DNA of 64,000 nucleotides from NCBI GenBank assembly GCA_036563665.1, contig DATCLY010000025.1, positions 21,042-85,041 on the forward strand. Direction: 5' to 3'. The position numbers and the translations under genes are program-made. The first letter of the stretch is position 1, and every line of letters starts with the position of its first letter. Shown here one piece after another: positions 1 through 8,342 of the stretch. The stretch comes from Gammaproteobacteria bacterium. GTDB taxonomy: Bacteria > Pseudomonadota > Gammaproteobacteria > Steroidobacterales > Rariloculaceae. The notes beneath the pieces are model-generated. The model was not told the DNA's origin, did no database searches, and worked only from the letters and a program-made list of their open reading frames with translations.

Positions 1-148
1 GGCCGCCGCGGTGCGGACAACGGTCGCGGAGCGCGAACACGCGGCCGTCGCCCGTGCGGAACACGGCGATGTCCTCTTCGCCGGCGCGCAGCACGCGCGC
101 GCCGCGCATTGGAATGCGCTCCGCGGGCCCGACGTCGATCCAGCTCAT
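1..148 (-). CDS. nirD: Nitrite reductase [NAD(P)H] small subunit NirD, N-terminal part (gene runs off the window)
   Basis: Not in the ORF track because it is short inside the window. The reverse-strand ATG at 148..146 overlaps the nirB stop (ATGA). My translation is MSWIDVGPAERIPMRGARVLRAGEEDIAVFRTGDGRVFALRDRCPHRGG. It carries the Rieske-like CPHxGG motif and sits directly downstream of nirB. Confidence 0.8.
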   Translation of the reverse strand, partial: MSWIDVGPAERIPMRGARVLRAGEEDIAVFRTGDGRVFALRDRCPHRGG

Positions 149-2625
149 GACGCCTCCGCCTCCTCCACCTCGGCCTCCTTCACCGCGCGCGCGGCGCGCA
201 GCGGCTCGAACTCCTCGGCGTCGTAGCCGCGGGCGCGCTCCGCCCACGGATCCACCTGCGCGTGCTTCTGCGCCTCGAGGAAGCGCGCGTAGAGCGCGCG
301 CCGCCCCTCCGCGTCGTCCGCGATGCGCGAGCGCACGTACGTGAGCCCAACCCGCTCGAGCCACGGCGCCGTGCGCTCGAGGTAGCGCGCTTCCTCGCGG
401 TAGAGCTGCAGGAACGCGGCGCAGTACTCGAGCACCTGCTCGGCGGTCTGCACCTTGCAGAGGAAGTCCGTGGGGCGCACCTTGATGCCGCCGTTGCCGC
501 CGACGTGGATCTCGTAGCCCGACTCGACGCACACCACGCCGAAGTCCTTGATGGTGGCCTCGGCGCAGTTGCGCGGGCAGCCGGACACCGCGAGCTTCAC
601 CTTGTGCGGGTGCCACGACCCCCAGGTCATCCTCTCGAGCGCTATGCCCAACCCCGTCGAGTCCTGCGTGCCGAACCGGCACCACTCCTTGCCGACGCAG
701 GTCTTCACGGTGCGCAGCGCCTTGCCGTACGCGTGCCCCGACACGAAGCCCGCGGCGGACAGATCGCACCACATCGCGGGCAGGTCCTCCTTCTTCACGC
801 CGAGCAGGTCGATGCGCTGGCCGCCGGTGATCTTGACCGTCGGCACGTTGTACTTCTCGGCCACCTCCGCGATGGCACGCAGCTCCCGCGGCGAAGTTAC
901 GCCGCCCCAGATGCGCGGCACCACCGAGTATGTGCCGTCGCGCTGGATGTTGCCGTGCACCCGCTCGTTGATGAACCGCGACTGCTTGTCGTCGCGGTAC
1001 TCGCCGGGCCATGCGCAGAGCAGATAGAAATTGAGCGCGGGGCGGCACTTGTGGCAGCCATCCGGCGTCTGCCACTCGAGGAACGCCATCACGTCCGGGA
1101 TGCTCTTCAGCGCGTACTTGACGATCGCCTCGCGCACCTCCTCGTGCGTGTGGATGGTGCACGGGCACATCGGCTTCTTGGCCGAAGGCTGCGAGTAGTC
1201 GCCGCCCAGCGTGTTCGCGAGGAGCTGCTCCACGAGCGCCGTGCACGAGCCGCACGACGACGAAGCTTTGGTATGGGCACGCACCTCGTCCAGCGTGAAG
1301 AGCTTCTTGGTCGTGATCGCCTTCACGATCGTGCCCTTGCACACGCCGTTGCAACCGCAGATCTCCGCGTTGTCCGGCAGGAGCGTCGCCGCGTTCGCGC
1401 CGGCCGTGCCCGAGTCGCCGAGGTGCGCCTGGCCGAACAGCAGGTTCTCACGCATGTCGGCCACGGGCACGCCGTCGCGCAGGAGCTGGAAGTACCACGG
1501 CCCGTCCACGGTGTCGCCGTACAGCACGACGCCGCGCACCCGGTCGTCGCGAATGACGAGCTTCTTGTAGACGCCGCGGCTCGCGTCCTTGAAGAGCATC
1601 TCCTCCGTGCTCGTTCCGCCTTCGAAGTCGCCCGCGGAGAAGAGATCGATCCCCGTGACCTTGAGCTTGGTGGACACCTGCGAGCCCACGTAGCGGCCGA
1701 TGCCGAACTCGGCGAGATGGTTCGCGGCCACCTTCGCCTGCTCGAAGAGCGGTGCCACGAGCCCGTAGCACTTGCCGCGGTGCTGCACGCACTCGCCGAC
1801 GGCGTAGATCTTCGGGTCGTAGGTGAGCATCGTGTCGTCCACGAGCACGCCGCGGTCGCAGGCGAGCCCGGATGCCCGGGCGAGCGCCACGTTCGGCCTG
1901 ATGCCCACCGCCATCACGACGAGGTCGGCCGGGATCTCGGTGCCGTCGTCGAACGCCACCGCCTGCACGCGGCCGTCGCCCCTGATCGCCGCCGTCTTCG
2001 CCGGCATGCGGAACGTAAGGCCCCGCTCCCGGAGCGAACGCTCGAGCAGCTTCGCCGCCTCGGCATCGAGCTGCCGCTCCATGAGGCGGTCGAGCAGGTG
2101 CACGACGGTGACCTGCATGCCGCGCTTCTGCAGGCCGTGGGCCGCCTCGAGGCCGAGCAGGCCGCCGCCGATCACCACGGCGCGCCGGCCGGGCTGCGCG
2201 GCCTCGATCATGCGGTCCACGTCCGCGATGTCCCTGAAGCTCACCACGCCCGGCAGGTCCGCACCGGGCACGGGCAGCACGATCGGGCTCGAGCCCGTGG
2301 CGAGCAGCAGCCGGTCGTACGGCGACTCGCGGCCGCTCTGCGCGACCACACGCTTGCGCGCGCGGTCGATCTTCACCACCGGGTCCCCCGCGTGCAGCGT
2401 GATGCCGCGCTCGGCGTACCACTCCGGCCGGTTGAGCATGATGTCGTCCAGCGTCTTCTCGGCGGCGAGCACCGGCGAGAGCAGGATGCGGTTGTAGTTG
2501 CCGTAGGGCTCCGCCCCGTAGACGGTGATGTCGTAGCGGTCCGGCGCGAGCGCGAGCAGCTCCTCGACGGCTCGCATGCCGGCCATGCCGTTGCCCACGA
2601 CGACGAGCTTGCGCCTGCCGCTCAT
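145..2625 (-). CDS. nirB: Assimilatory nitrite reductase [NAD(P)H] large subunit NirB
   Basis: ORF 145..2703(-). Contains an FAD/NAD Rossmann motif (KLVVVGNGMAGMRAVEEL), a BFD-like [2Fe-2S] CGCNGVCKG motif and a sirohaem/4Fe-4S region (TCVGKEWCRFG, AVSGCPRNCAEA). Start placed at MSGRRKLVVVGNG (ATG 2625), which overlaps the upstream stop as ATGA. Confidence 0.97.
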   Translation of the reverse strand: MSGRRKLVVVGNGMAGMRAVEELLALAPDRYDITVYGAEPYGNYNRILLSPVLAAEKTLDDIMLNRPEWYAERGITLHAGDPVVKIDRARKRVVAQSGRESPYDRLLLATGSSPIVLPVPGADLPGVVSFRDIADVDRMIEAAQPGRRAVVIGGGLLGLEAAHGLQKRGMQVTVVHLLDRLMERQLDAEAAKLLERSLRERGLTFRMPAKTAAIRGDGRVQAVAFDDGTEIPADLVVMAVGIRPNVALARASGLACDRGVLVDDTMLTYDPKIYAVGECVQHRGKCYGLVAPLFEQAKVAANHLAEFGIGRYVGSQVSTKLKVTGIDLFSAGDFEGGTSTEEMLFKDASRGVYKKLVIRDDRVRGVVLYGDTVDGPWYFQLLRDGVPVADMRENLLFGQAHLGDSGTAGANAATLLPDNAEICGCNGVCKGTIVKAITTKKLFTLDEVRAHTKASSSCGSCTALVEQLLANTLGGDYSQPSAKKPMCPCTIHTHEEVREAIVKYALKSIPDVMAFLEWQTPDGCHKCRPALNFYLLCAWPGEYRDDKQSRFINERVHGNIQRDGTYSVVPRIWGGVTSPRELRAIAEVAEKYNVPTVKITGGQRIDLLGVKKEDLPAMWCDLSAAGFVSGHAYGKALRTVKTCVGKEWCRFGTQDSTGLGIALERMTWGSWHPHKVKLAVSGCPRNCAEATIKDFGVVCVESGYEIHVGGNGGIKVRPTDFLCKVQTAEQVLEYCAAFLQLYREEARYLERTAPWLERVGLTYVRSRIADDAEGRRALYARFLEAQKHAQVDPWAERARGYDAEEFEPLRAARAVKEAEVEEAEAS

Positions 2626-2924
2626 GCCGCCGCCTCCTCCGTGGGATGCTCGGCCGCGCCGCCTTCGAGGAAATCGAGCACCTCGCGGCGGTAGCAGTAG
2701 CAATCCGGGTGCTCGAGCAGCGCGCGCGGCGTGCGCGGCCGTGGCAGGTCCACCTTCATCACGCTGCCCACCTTCGCGTTCGGGCCGTTGGTCATCATGA
2801 CCACCCGGTCGGCGAGCAGAATCGCTTCGTCCACGTCGTGCGTCACGCGGATCGCCGTCATGTCGTTCCCCGAGAAAAAGAAAAGCTGCCGGCCGCGCCC
2901 GAGCGTCTCGCGCTCGAACGGCTC
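2622..2924 (-). pseudogene. C-terminal remnant of an NrtD/CmpD-type nitrate ABC-transporter ATPase (Walker A, Q-loop and signature motif absent)
   Basis: The last ~100 codons of ORF 2622..3122(-) read EPFERETLGRGRQL..MTAIRVTHDVDEAILLADRVVMMTNGPNAKVGSVMKVDLPRPR..HPDCYCYRREVLDFL. This is the Walker-B-to-C-terminus part of nitrate/bicarbonate ABC ATPases. The 66 codons upstream are Arg/Ser-rich with no P-loop. Only 537 nt separate nasS and nirB, so nrtA/B/C cannot be present. Confidence 0.55.
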
Positions 2925-2963
2925 GGCAGCGTTGCCCTCATGGCCCAGCGTTGGGCCCGCGAT

Positions 2964-2996
2964 GGACGGCGACGCTCGCGCCCGCCGTCCGCGAGC
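2964..2996 (-). promoter_or_regulatory. Two mutually exclusive GC hairpins in the nasS-nirB spacer (candidate attenuator or antiterminator element)
   Basis: GGACGGCG (2964..2971) pairs with CGCCGTCC (2983..2990). GCTCGC (2974..2979) pairs with GCGAGC (2991..2996). The two helices share nucleotides, so only one can form. Location is upstream of nirB in an operon with a NasT (ANTAR) regulator. Confidence 0.3.
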
Positions 2997-3162
2997 CTCC
3001 CTTACAACACTCGTGCCAACGTCGGGACGAGTGCGACGGCGGTCGCAACTGCTTGATGCGCGGCGCATTGGCCGCGCCGGGCCGACCGATGACGGCGGGC
3101 GCGACCGTCGCGCACGCACCAAGACGGAACGGCCGGGCGCCCGCCCTCCCCGTCCTGGTGCA

Positions 3163-4338
3163 TCAGCTCCGGTCGGTGAAGCCCGCGCCGCCCGCGCGCA
3201 CCGGGAACTGCGCGAGATACTCGCCGAGCCGATCCGCGTCGAAGCGCGCGCCGTCGAACGCCTCCACGCCCCCGGCGGCGGCGGGCGCGCCGACGGCCCG
3301 CTCGTAGAGGTCCGGCCGAAACACGGCCTCCGCCGCCGCGGCGAGCCGGCGATCGAGGCGGGTCTGTCCCCAGCGCACCATCTGCGCGTAGAGCCACAAC
3401 GCCTCCTCGGGCCGCGGGGCGCTGGCGTCGCGTCGCGCGAAGACCAGGAACTCGCCGTCCTCGAACGTCGCGCCGCCGCCCACGTCGAGCACGCCGCCGA
3501 GCGAGCGGCCGATCACGTGCGCGGGAACGCCCAGGTACTCCGGCCGCGCGAGCAGCGCGGCGAGCTCCGGGCGATTGGCGGGCGTGTCGCACCATCGCGC
3601 GGCGGCGCGCAGGCTGCGCAGCAGCCGGTCCGTCGCGTCGGCATCTGCGGCGAGCGCGGTGCGCATCGCGAGCACCTTCTCGATGCCGAATGGCAGCAGC
3701 TTCGACTTCACCGCCGCGATGGCGCCGATGCGCTCCTCGACGGCCACGCTGTTCCAGGGCTCGCCCACGCAGAAGCCGTCGATGTGGCCCGCGCGCAGGC
3801 TCTCGACCATGAGCGGCGGCGGTATCGTCACCAGACGCACGTCGCGATCGGGATCGAGCCCCGCGGAGGCGAGCCAGTAGCGCAGCTCGAAGTTGTGCCC
3901 GGAGAACGGGTAGACCATCGCCAGCGTGAGCTCGCCGCCCCGGCGGCGGGCGGCCGCGGCGAGCGCTTGCGCCGTTCGAGCGGGGGAGTCGAGGCGGAGC
4001 TCGCCGTCCGCGTCGCGCAGCTCGTCCGCCAACGCGTTGGACACGGTGATGGCGTTGCCGCCTCGGCCGAGCACGAACGGCACCGCGTGAACGGAGCGCA
4101 CCTGGCCGATGCCGAGGGCCGCAGCGATCGGCAGCGGCGCGAGCGCGTGCGCGCAGTCGACGTGGCCGAGGTTCAGATGGTCGCGAAGGCTCGCCCACGA
4201 AGGCTCCTTCACGAGCCGCAGCTCGATGCCGTGCTCCTGCGCGAAGCCGAGCTCGCGCGCGGCGACGAGCACCGCCGCATCCACCAGCGGCACGAACGCC
4301 GCGACGACCGTGTCGAGGCCGTGGCCGCCGGCGCTCAT
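3163..4338 (-). CDS. nasS: NasS, cytoplasmic NrtA-like nitrate/nitrite sensor partner of NasT
   Basis: ORF 3163..4338(-), 391 aa with no signal peptide. NrtA/CmpA-like periplasmic-binding-protein fold blocks are present (FVPLVDAAVLVAARELGF, GHNFELRYWLASAGLDPDRDV, GHIDGFCVGEPWN). The start overlaps the nasT stop (ATGA). Confidence 0.9.
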   Translation of the reverse strand: MSAGGHGLDTVVAAFVPLVDAAVLVAARELGFAQEHGIELRLVKEPSWASLRDHLNLGHVDCAHALAPLPIAAALGIGQVRSVHAVPFVLGRGGNAITVSNALADELRDADGELRLDSPARTAQALAAAARRRGGELTLAMVYPFSGHNFELRYWLASAGLDPDRDVRLVTIPPPLMVESLRAGHIDGFCVGEPWNSVAVEERIGAIAAVKSKLLPFGIEKVLAMRTALAADADATDRLLRSLRAAARWCDTPANRPELAALLARPEYLGVPAHVIGRSLGGVLDVGGGATFEDGEFLVFARRDASAPRPEEALWLYAQMVRWGQTRLDRRLAAAAEAVFRPDLYERAVGAPAAAGGVEAFDGARFDADRLGEYLAQFPVRAGGAGFTDRS

Positions 4339-4967
4339 CGCTCGCCCGAGTCGTGGTCCAGAACGGACGCCGCCTCGACCACCGAGCGCGCGAGGTCCGC
4401 GATCTTGCGGTTCTGATTCATGGCCGTGCGCCGCAGCAGCGCGTAGGCCTGCTCCTCGGTCAACGCCTTCCTGCTCATGAGAATGCCCTTCGCCTGCTCG
4501 ATCACCTTGCGCTCCTCCAGCGCGGACTTGGCCTGGAGGAGCTCGGTCTGCAGCCGGTCGAACGCGCGAAACCGTCCGATGGTCACGTCGAGGATCGCTT
4601 TCACGCGCTCCTTGCGCAGGCCGTCCACGATGTACGCGGATACGCCCGCGTCGATGGCCGCGTGCACCGTTTCGGTGTCCGATTTGTCAACGAACATCGC
4701 GATCGGCCGGCGCACGAGGCGCGACACCTGGAACATCTGCTCGAGCGTGTCGCGGCTCGGATTCTCGAGATCGATGAGGATCACGTCCGGATCGATGGCC
4801 GCGATGCGCGCCAGCAGGTTCGTCATGTCGCGAATGTGGTGTATCGCGAAGCCGTTGCGCCCCTGCTCCGCGTCGGCGGCGCCGGCTTCGCGAAGCCCTT
4901 CCTCGAGGATCGCGGCGCGCACGGCATTGCCGTCGATGATGAGGATCTTTAGCGGCTTTTCCTTCAA
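4335..4967 (-). CDS. nasT: NasT, response-regulator receiver plus ANTAR RNA-binding antiterminator
   Basis: ORF 4335..5129(-). Receiver domain (KILIIDGNAVRAAILEEGL..DVILIDLENP) followed by an ANTAR domain (LEERKVIEQAKGILMSRKALTEEQAYALLRRTAMNQNRKIADLA). Start is uncertain. I place it at the in-frame TTG at 4967 just before KEKPLKILIIDG. The alternative is ATG 5066. Confidence 0.88.
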   Translation of the reverse strand: MKEKPLKILIIDGNAVRAAILEEGLREAGAADAEQGRNGFAIHHIRDMTNLLARIAAIDPDVILIDLENPSRDTLEQMFQVSRLVRRPIAMFVDKSDTETVHAAIDAGVSAYIVDGLRKERVKAILDVTIGRFRAFDRLQTELLQAKSALEERKVIEQAKGILMSRKALTEEQAYALLRRTAMNQNRKIADLARSVVEAASVLDHDSGER

Positions 4968-5169
4968 GCGGCGGCAGCGGTGGCGCGATCGAGCTCGGCC
5001 GGCCGCCTGCAAGAACCGTGCACGAGACGCGGCCGAGACGCGCAACTCGCGGCGAGCCAAAGGCATACGCGCCGCCCGCGCCCCTGCGGCGCCGCCGCAC
5101 GGAACGATCGCCGCACCGTAAAGCGGCACGCGCTGCTACGGCCGCCCCACGAGAGGGCAGACGGGCGCG

Positions 5170-5352
5170 CTAGTCGGCGCCGACCGCCTGGAGCCGCGCG
5201 AGCACCACGTCCTTCAGCAGCCGCAGCAGCTCGTCGCGCAGGTAGAGCGCCGCGTGCCCGGCGCCCGGGGTCACGACGAGCTCGGCGTGCGGCGCGCGAA
5301 CGTCCGCGACGTAGCGCTCGACCTCTGCCGTGGCGGTGTAGGTGTCTTCCTC
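5170..5352 (-). pseudogene. Possible C-terminal fragment of an alpha/beta hydrolase
   Basis: My reverse-strand translation ending at TAG 5172..5170 is EEDTYTATAEVERYVADVRAPHAELVVTPGAGHAALYLRDELLRLLKDVVLARLQAVGAD. This resembles the catalytic-His region (GAGH) and C-terminal helix of alpha/beta hydrolases. The frame is closed upstream by TGA and has no start. An adjacent frame continues protein-like for about 25 codons. Confidence 0.3.
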
Positions 5353-5685
5353 GCGCGGCGAGCGCCGCCTGCTCCGCCGCGGTCGGCGCGTTCAGATGCG
5401 CCGACGCGACGACCTCGTCGTCGATCGACGCCCACGGCGACGGCCAGCCTGATGATTCTGAAGCACAATCTCACGGGCGATCCGGTCCTCGAGACGCCGC
5501 CGTTCGCGGAGCGGCGCAATCGGATACGCGGGCGCTGAAGCCACGCACGCCCGCATCCGACTCCGTCATCGCGTGCATTGCACGACCCGTTGCGGTTCGA
5601 GCTCTGCTCGCGCGTGCGGGCGCGTCATCCGCGGAACCCCTGCGCGCGTTACTCGGCCCGTCGCCCGGCACGAAGGATCGAAACC

Positions 5686-6822
5686 ATGCCGCATGACGCG
5701 CCGTCGAGATCGCTGATTCGCACCGCCTCCATCCTTCTCCTGCTGCTCGCGGCCGCCGCGGTGCGCGCGCAGACCGCGCGCGAACCGCCGCCCCAGCCGG
5801 CGCAAGGGCCGGGCGGCAGCGAGTACGCGTATCAGCGCGTCCAGACCGCCGCTCATGGCGAAGGCAACGACCGCTACTGGATCTTCACGCCGGCCGGCCG
5901 CACGGCCGCCGTCGCCGTGCCGCAAGGCGCGACCGAGATACCTGTCGTGGTGTTTTTGCACGGCTGGGGCGCGATGAATCCCGCCCACTACGGCGCGTGG
6001 ATCGAGCATCTGGTGCGGCGGGGACACACGGTGATCTACCCGCAGTATCAGGAGTCGCTGCGCGTGCCGCCCGCCGCGATGATCGAGCACGCGGTCGCGG
6101 CGGTGCGGGAAGCGTTCCGTCGCCTCGGCGAGCCGCCCCGCTGGGCCGTGGTCGGTCACTCGCTGGGCGGCACGATCGCGGCGAATCTCGCGGCGCGCTC
6201 CGCCGCGGTGGGCCTGCCTCCGCCCACCCTGGTGCTCGCGGTCGAGCCCGGCATGCAGCCGCCGGGAAAGCGCTCGGCCGGCGGCCGCGCTGCCGTGCCG
6301 CTCGACGATCTAAGCAACCTGCCGCGCGATGTCGTGCTCGTGACCGTCGCAGGCGACCGCGATACCCTGGTCGGCGACACCGCCGCGCGGCTGATCTTCG
6401 CCCGCGCGACCGGCGTCGCGCCCACGCACAAGCGCTACGTCGTCGTGCCCTCCGACGAGCACGGCTCGCCGCCGATCATCGCGGACCACCGCGCGCCGGC
6501 CGCGCGCGACGACGACTTCGACCTGCTCGACCGACCCGAGCGCAACGCGGGCCGCGGGTCACGCCTCGTGGAGCGGCGGCTCTGCGGTGGAGACTGCGAC
6601 GCGCTCGAGGCGACCGACCGCGGCGCCGTCGGCGCAATCGACTGGTATGCGTTCTGGAAGCTCGCCGACGGACTGATCGGCATCGCCGCGGCGGGCGGCG
6701 CGCAACCGTTCACCGCCGAGAACGAACGCATGCTGGCCGACATGGGCCGGTGGAGCGACGGCACGCCGGTGCGGCCGCTCGAGATCCACGCGACGCTGCC
6801 CGCAGCAGCCGGACGGCGCTGA
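5686..6822 (+). CDS. Secreted alpha/beta hydrolase
   Basis: ORF 5578..6822(+). Start taken at MPHDAPSRS, followed by the signal peptide LIRTASILLLLLAAAAVRAQ. Contains the nucleophile elbow GHSLGG and a VVVFLHGWG oxyanion region. Confidence 0.85.
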   Translation: MPHDAPSRSLIRTASILLLLLAAAAVRAQTAREPPPQPAQGPGGSEYAYQRVQTAAHGEGNDRYWIFTPAGRTAAVAVPQGATEIPVVVFLHGWGAMNPAHYGAWIEHLVRRGHTVIYPQYQESLRVPPAAMIEHAVAAVREAFRRLGEPPRWAVVGHSLGGTIAANLAARSAAVGLPPPTLVLAVEPGMQPPGKRSAGGRAAVPLDDLSNLPRDVVLVTVAGDRDTLVGDTAARLIFARATGVAPTHKRYVVVPSDEHGSPPIIADHRAPAARDDDFDLLDRPERNAGRGSRLVERRLCGGDCDALEATDRGAVGAIDWYAFWKLADGLIGIAAAGGAQPFTAENERMLADMGRWSDGTPVRPLEIHATLPAAAGRR

Positions 6823-6871
6823 TCCCGGCTCGCGCGCGGAACGATCCGGAACGCCTTCCGAGGCGATGCGG

Positions 6872-6982
6872 CTAGAGGAGCGGCGCCACGAAGCGATAGC
6901 CGTGGCCGTGGATCGTCTTGATGATGCTCTGGCAGGTGAGATCGTCGCCGACGGCGCGACGCAACCGGATGGCTTGTTCCAT
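6872..6982 (-). pseudogene. Orphan 36-codon fragment resembling the C-terminal wing of an OmpR/CadC-type winged-helix DNA-binding domain
   Basis: My reverse-strand translation is MEQAIRLRRAVGDDLTCQSIIKTIHGHGYRFVAPLL followed by a stop. The (I/V)xTVxGxGYRF motif is the recognition wing of OmpR-family regulators. No receiver or N-terminal part is present, and a TAA closes the frame just upstream. Confidence 0.3.
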
Positions 6983-7111
6983 CGGCTGCCCCAGGTCTCC
7001 ACGCCGATGTTACCGCGAAACGGCGACGCAGACGGCGCCCGCGATCGAGCGATACGCCCCTACGCTAGAATGCGGTCACGTGCTCACTCGCAGAACAACA
7101 AGGATCACCCC

Positions 7112-8197
7112 ATGAAATCGCGCATCGTCCTCGCCGTGCTCTTGGGCTGCGCGGCCTCCGCCGCCCTCGCGCAGAGCCCCTCTTCCGCCTTCGATCGCGG
7201 CAACAGCCTGCAGGCCTGGCAGGACCCGGGGCTGCCCGCCGTGCTCGAGCGCTGCGCGACGCCGCCTGCGCCCTTCAGGCTCGGCGGCGGCGGTGGCGGT
7301 GGAGCGGCGGATGCGTCGCCTCCTCCTCCACCCGCGCTGCCGACGTCGCACGAGATCCCCGGCGTGATCGCCGCGGGGCAGACGTGGAAAGTCGTGTGGT
7401 CGTGGGAAGGCAACAACGCGGACGGCATCATCGCCGGCGACGACGGCACGATGCTCTTCGCCAACAACGACGCGAGCAACGTGATGCGCCTCGACCCCGC
7501 CACGGGCCTCGCCACCGTCATCCACGAGAACACCAACACCGGCGGCGCCCTCTCGCGCAGCAAGAACGGTGCGCTGTTCCTCGCGGCCCGCGGGCTCAAC
7601 TCCGCCATCATCCAGCTCGAGCCCGAGCGCAAGGTGCACGCGAGCACGTTCCGCGGCGAGCCGCTCGAGTGCGTGGGCGGCGTGCTGAACGACCTCGCCG
7701 CGGACAGCCGCGGCGGCGTGTACTTCACCGTGACCGGGACGGGCCTGTTCTATGCGGATCCTCAGGGGGTCGTGTCGCAGCACGGCGAAGGCATCGCCGC
7801 CGCCAACGGCGTCGTCCTGTCGCCGGACGAGCGCACGCTGTACGTCACGAACGGCGCCCTCGTGCTCGCCTTCGACGTGCGGCCCGACGGCTCGCTCACG
7901 AATCAGCGCGAGCTCGGCCGGCTGCGCGGCGGCCAGTCGGGCGACGGCTCGGCAGTGGATCAGGAGGGGCGCCTCTACGTGAGCACCGGCGCCTCCGTGG
8001 ACGTGTTCACGCCTCAGGGCGAGTTCCTGGGCAGCATACCGGGGCCCCGGGGACTGCACGGCGTGGCGTTCGGCGGACGCGACAAGAAGACCTTGTACGG
8101 CATCGTCTTCTATGGCGGCTGGGGCACGCCGAGCGCCAGGAATCAGGTGATCGCAATTCCCACCATCGCCCAGGGCTACACGGGACGCGCGAAATAG
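7112..8197 (+). CDS. Secreted SMP-30/gluconolactonase/LRE-like beta-propeller protein
   Basis: ORF 6866..8197(+). Start at ATG 7112 (MKSRIVLAVLLGCAASAALAQ signal) with AAGGA upstream. Repeated propeller blocks are present (NGVVLSPDERTLYV, DGSAVDQEGRLYVS, GVAFGGRDKKTLY). Confidence 0.85.
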   Translation: MKSRIVLAVLLGCAASAALAQSPSSAFDRGNSLQAWQDPGLPAVLERCATPPAPFRLGGGGGGGAADASPPPPPALPTSHEIPGVIAAGQTWKVVWSWEGNNADGIIAGDDGTMLFANNDASNVMRLDPATGLATVIHENTNTGGALSRSKNGALFLAARGLNSAIIQLEPERKVHASTFRGEPLECVGGVLNDLAADSRGGVYFTVTGTGLFYADPQGVVSQHGEGIAAANGVVLSPDERTLYVTNGALVLAFDVRPDGSLTNQRELGRLRGGQSGDGSAVDQEGRLYVSTGASVDVFTPQGEFLGSIPGPRGLHGVAFGGRDKKTLYGIVFYGGWGTPSARNQVIAIPTIAQGYTGRAK

Positions 8198-8342
8198 CGC
8201 GTTCCTCGGCGCTCGCGGCCGGCGGCGACGACCGCCGCCGGCCATCGTCGCTCGGCTCGCCCTTTCGATCGCGGGCTTGGCAAGGTACTTTATGGCTGGC
8301 GGCCGGCGTCCACGTCTCCGCCGGCGCCGGAGGGGAGCGACG

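Noticed and set aside
262-2694. 810-aa plus-strand ORF covering the nirB locus
   Set aside because: It is antisense to an unmistakable NirB coding sequence. The translation is Arg/Ala/His-rich with no motif.
2622-3122. Reading the whole 166-aa ORF as an intact small ABC ATPase
   Set aside because: Only the last ~100 residues resemble an ABC ATPase. Walker A, the Q-loop and the LSGGQ signature are absent, and the N-terminal 66 residues are Arg/Ser-rich filler. I called it a remnant instead.
2925-3162. Canonical ANTAR target (two tandem hairpins with AxxGxx hexaloops) in the nirB leader
   Set aside because: I found several GC hairpins, including a mutually exclusive pair. None has the expected hexaloop pattern, so I report only the alternative-hairpin observation.
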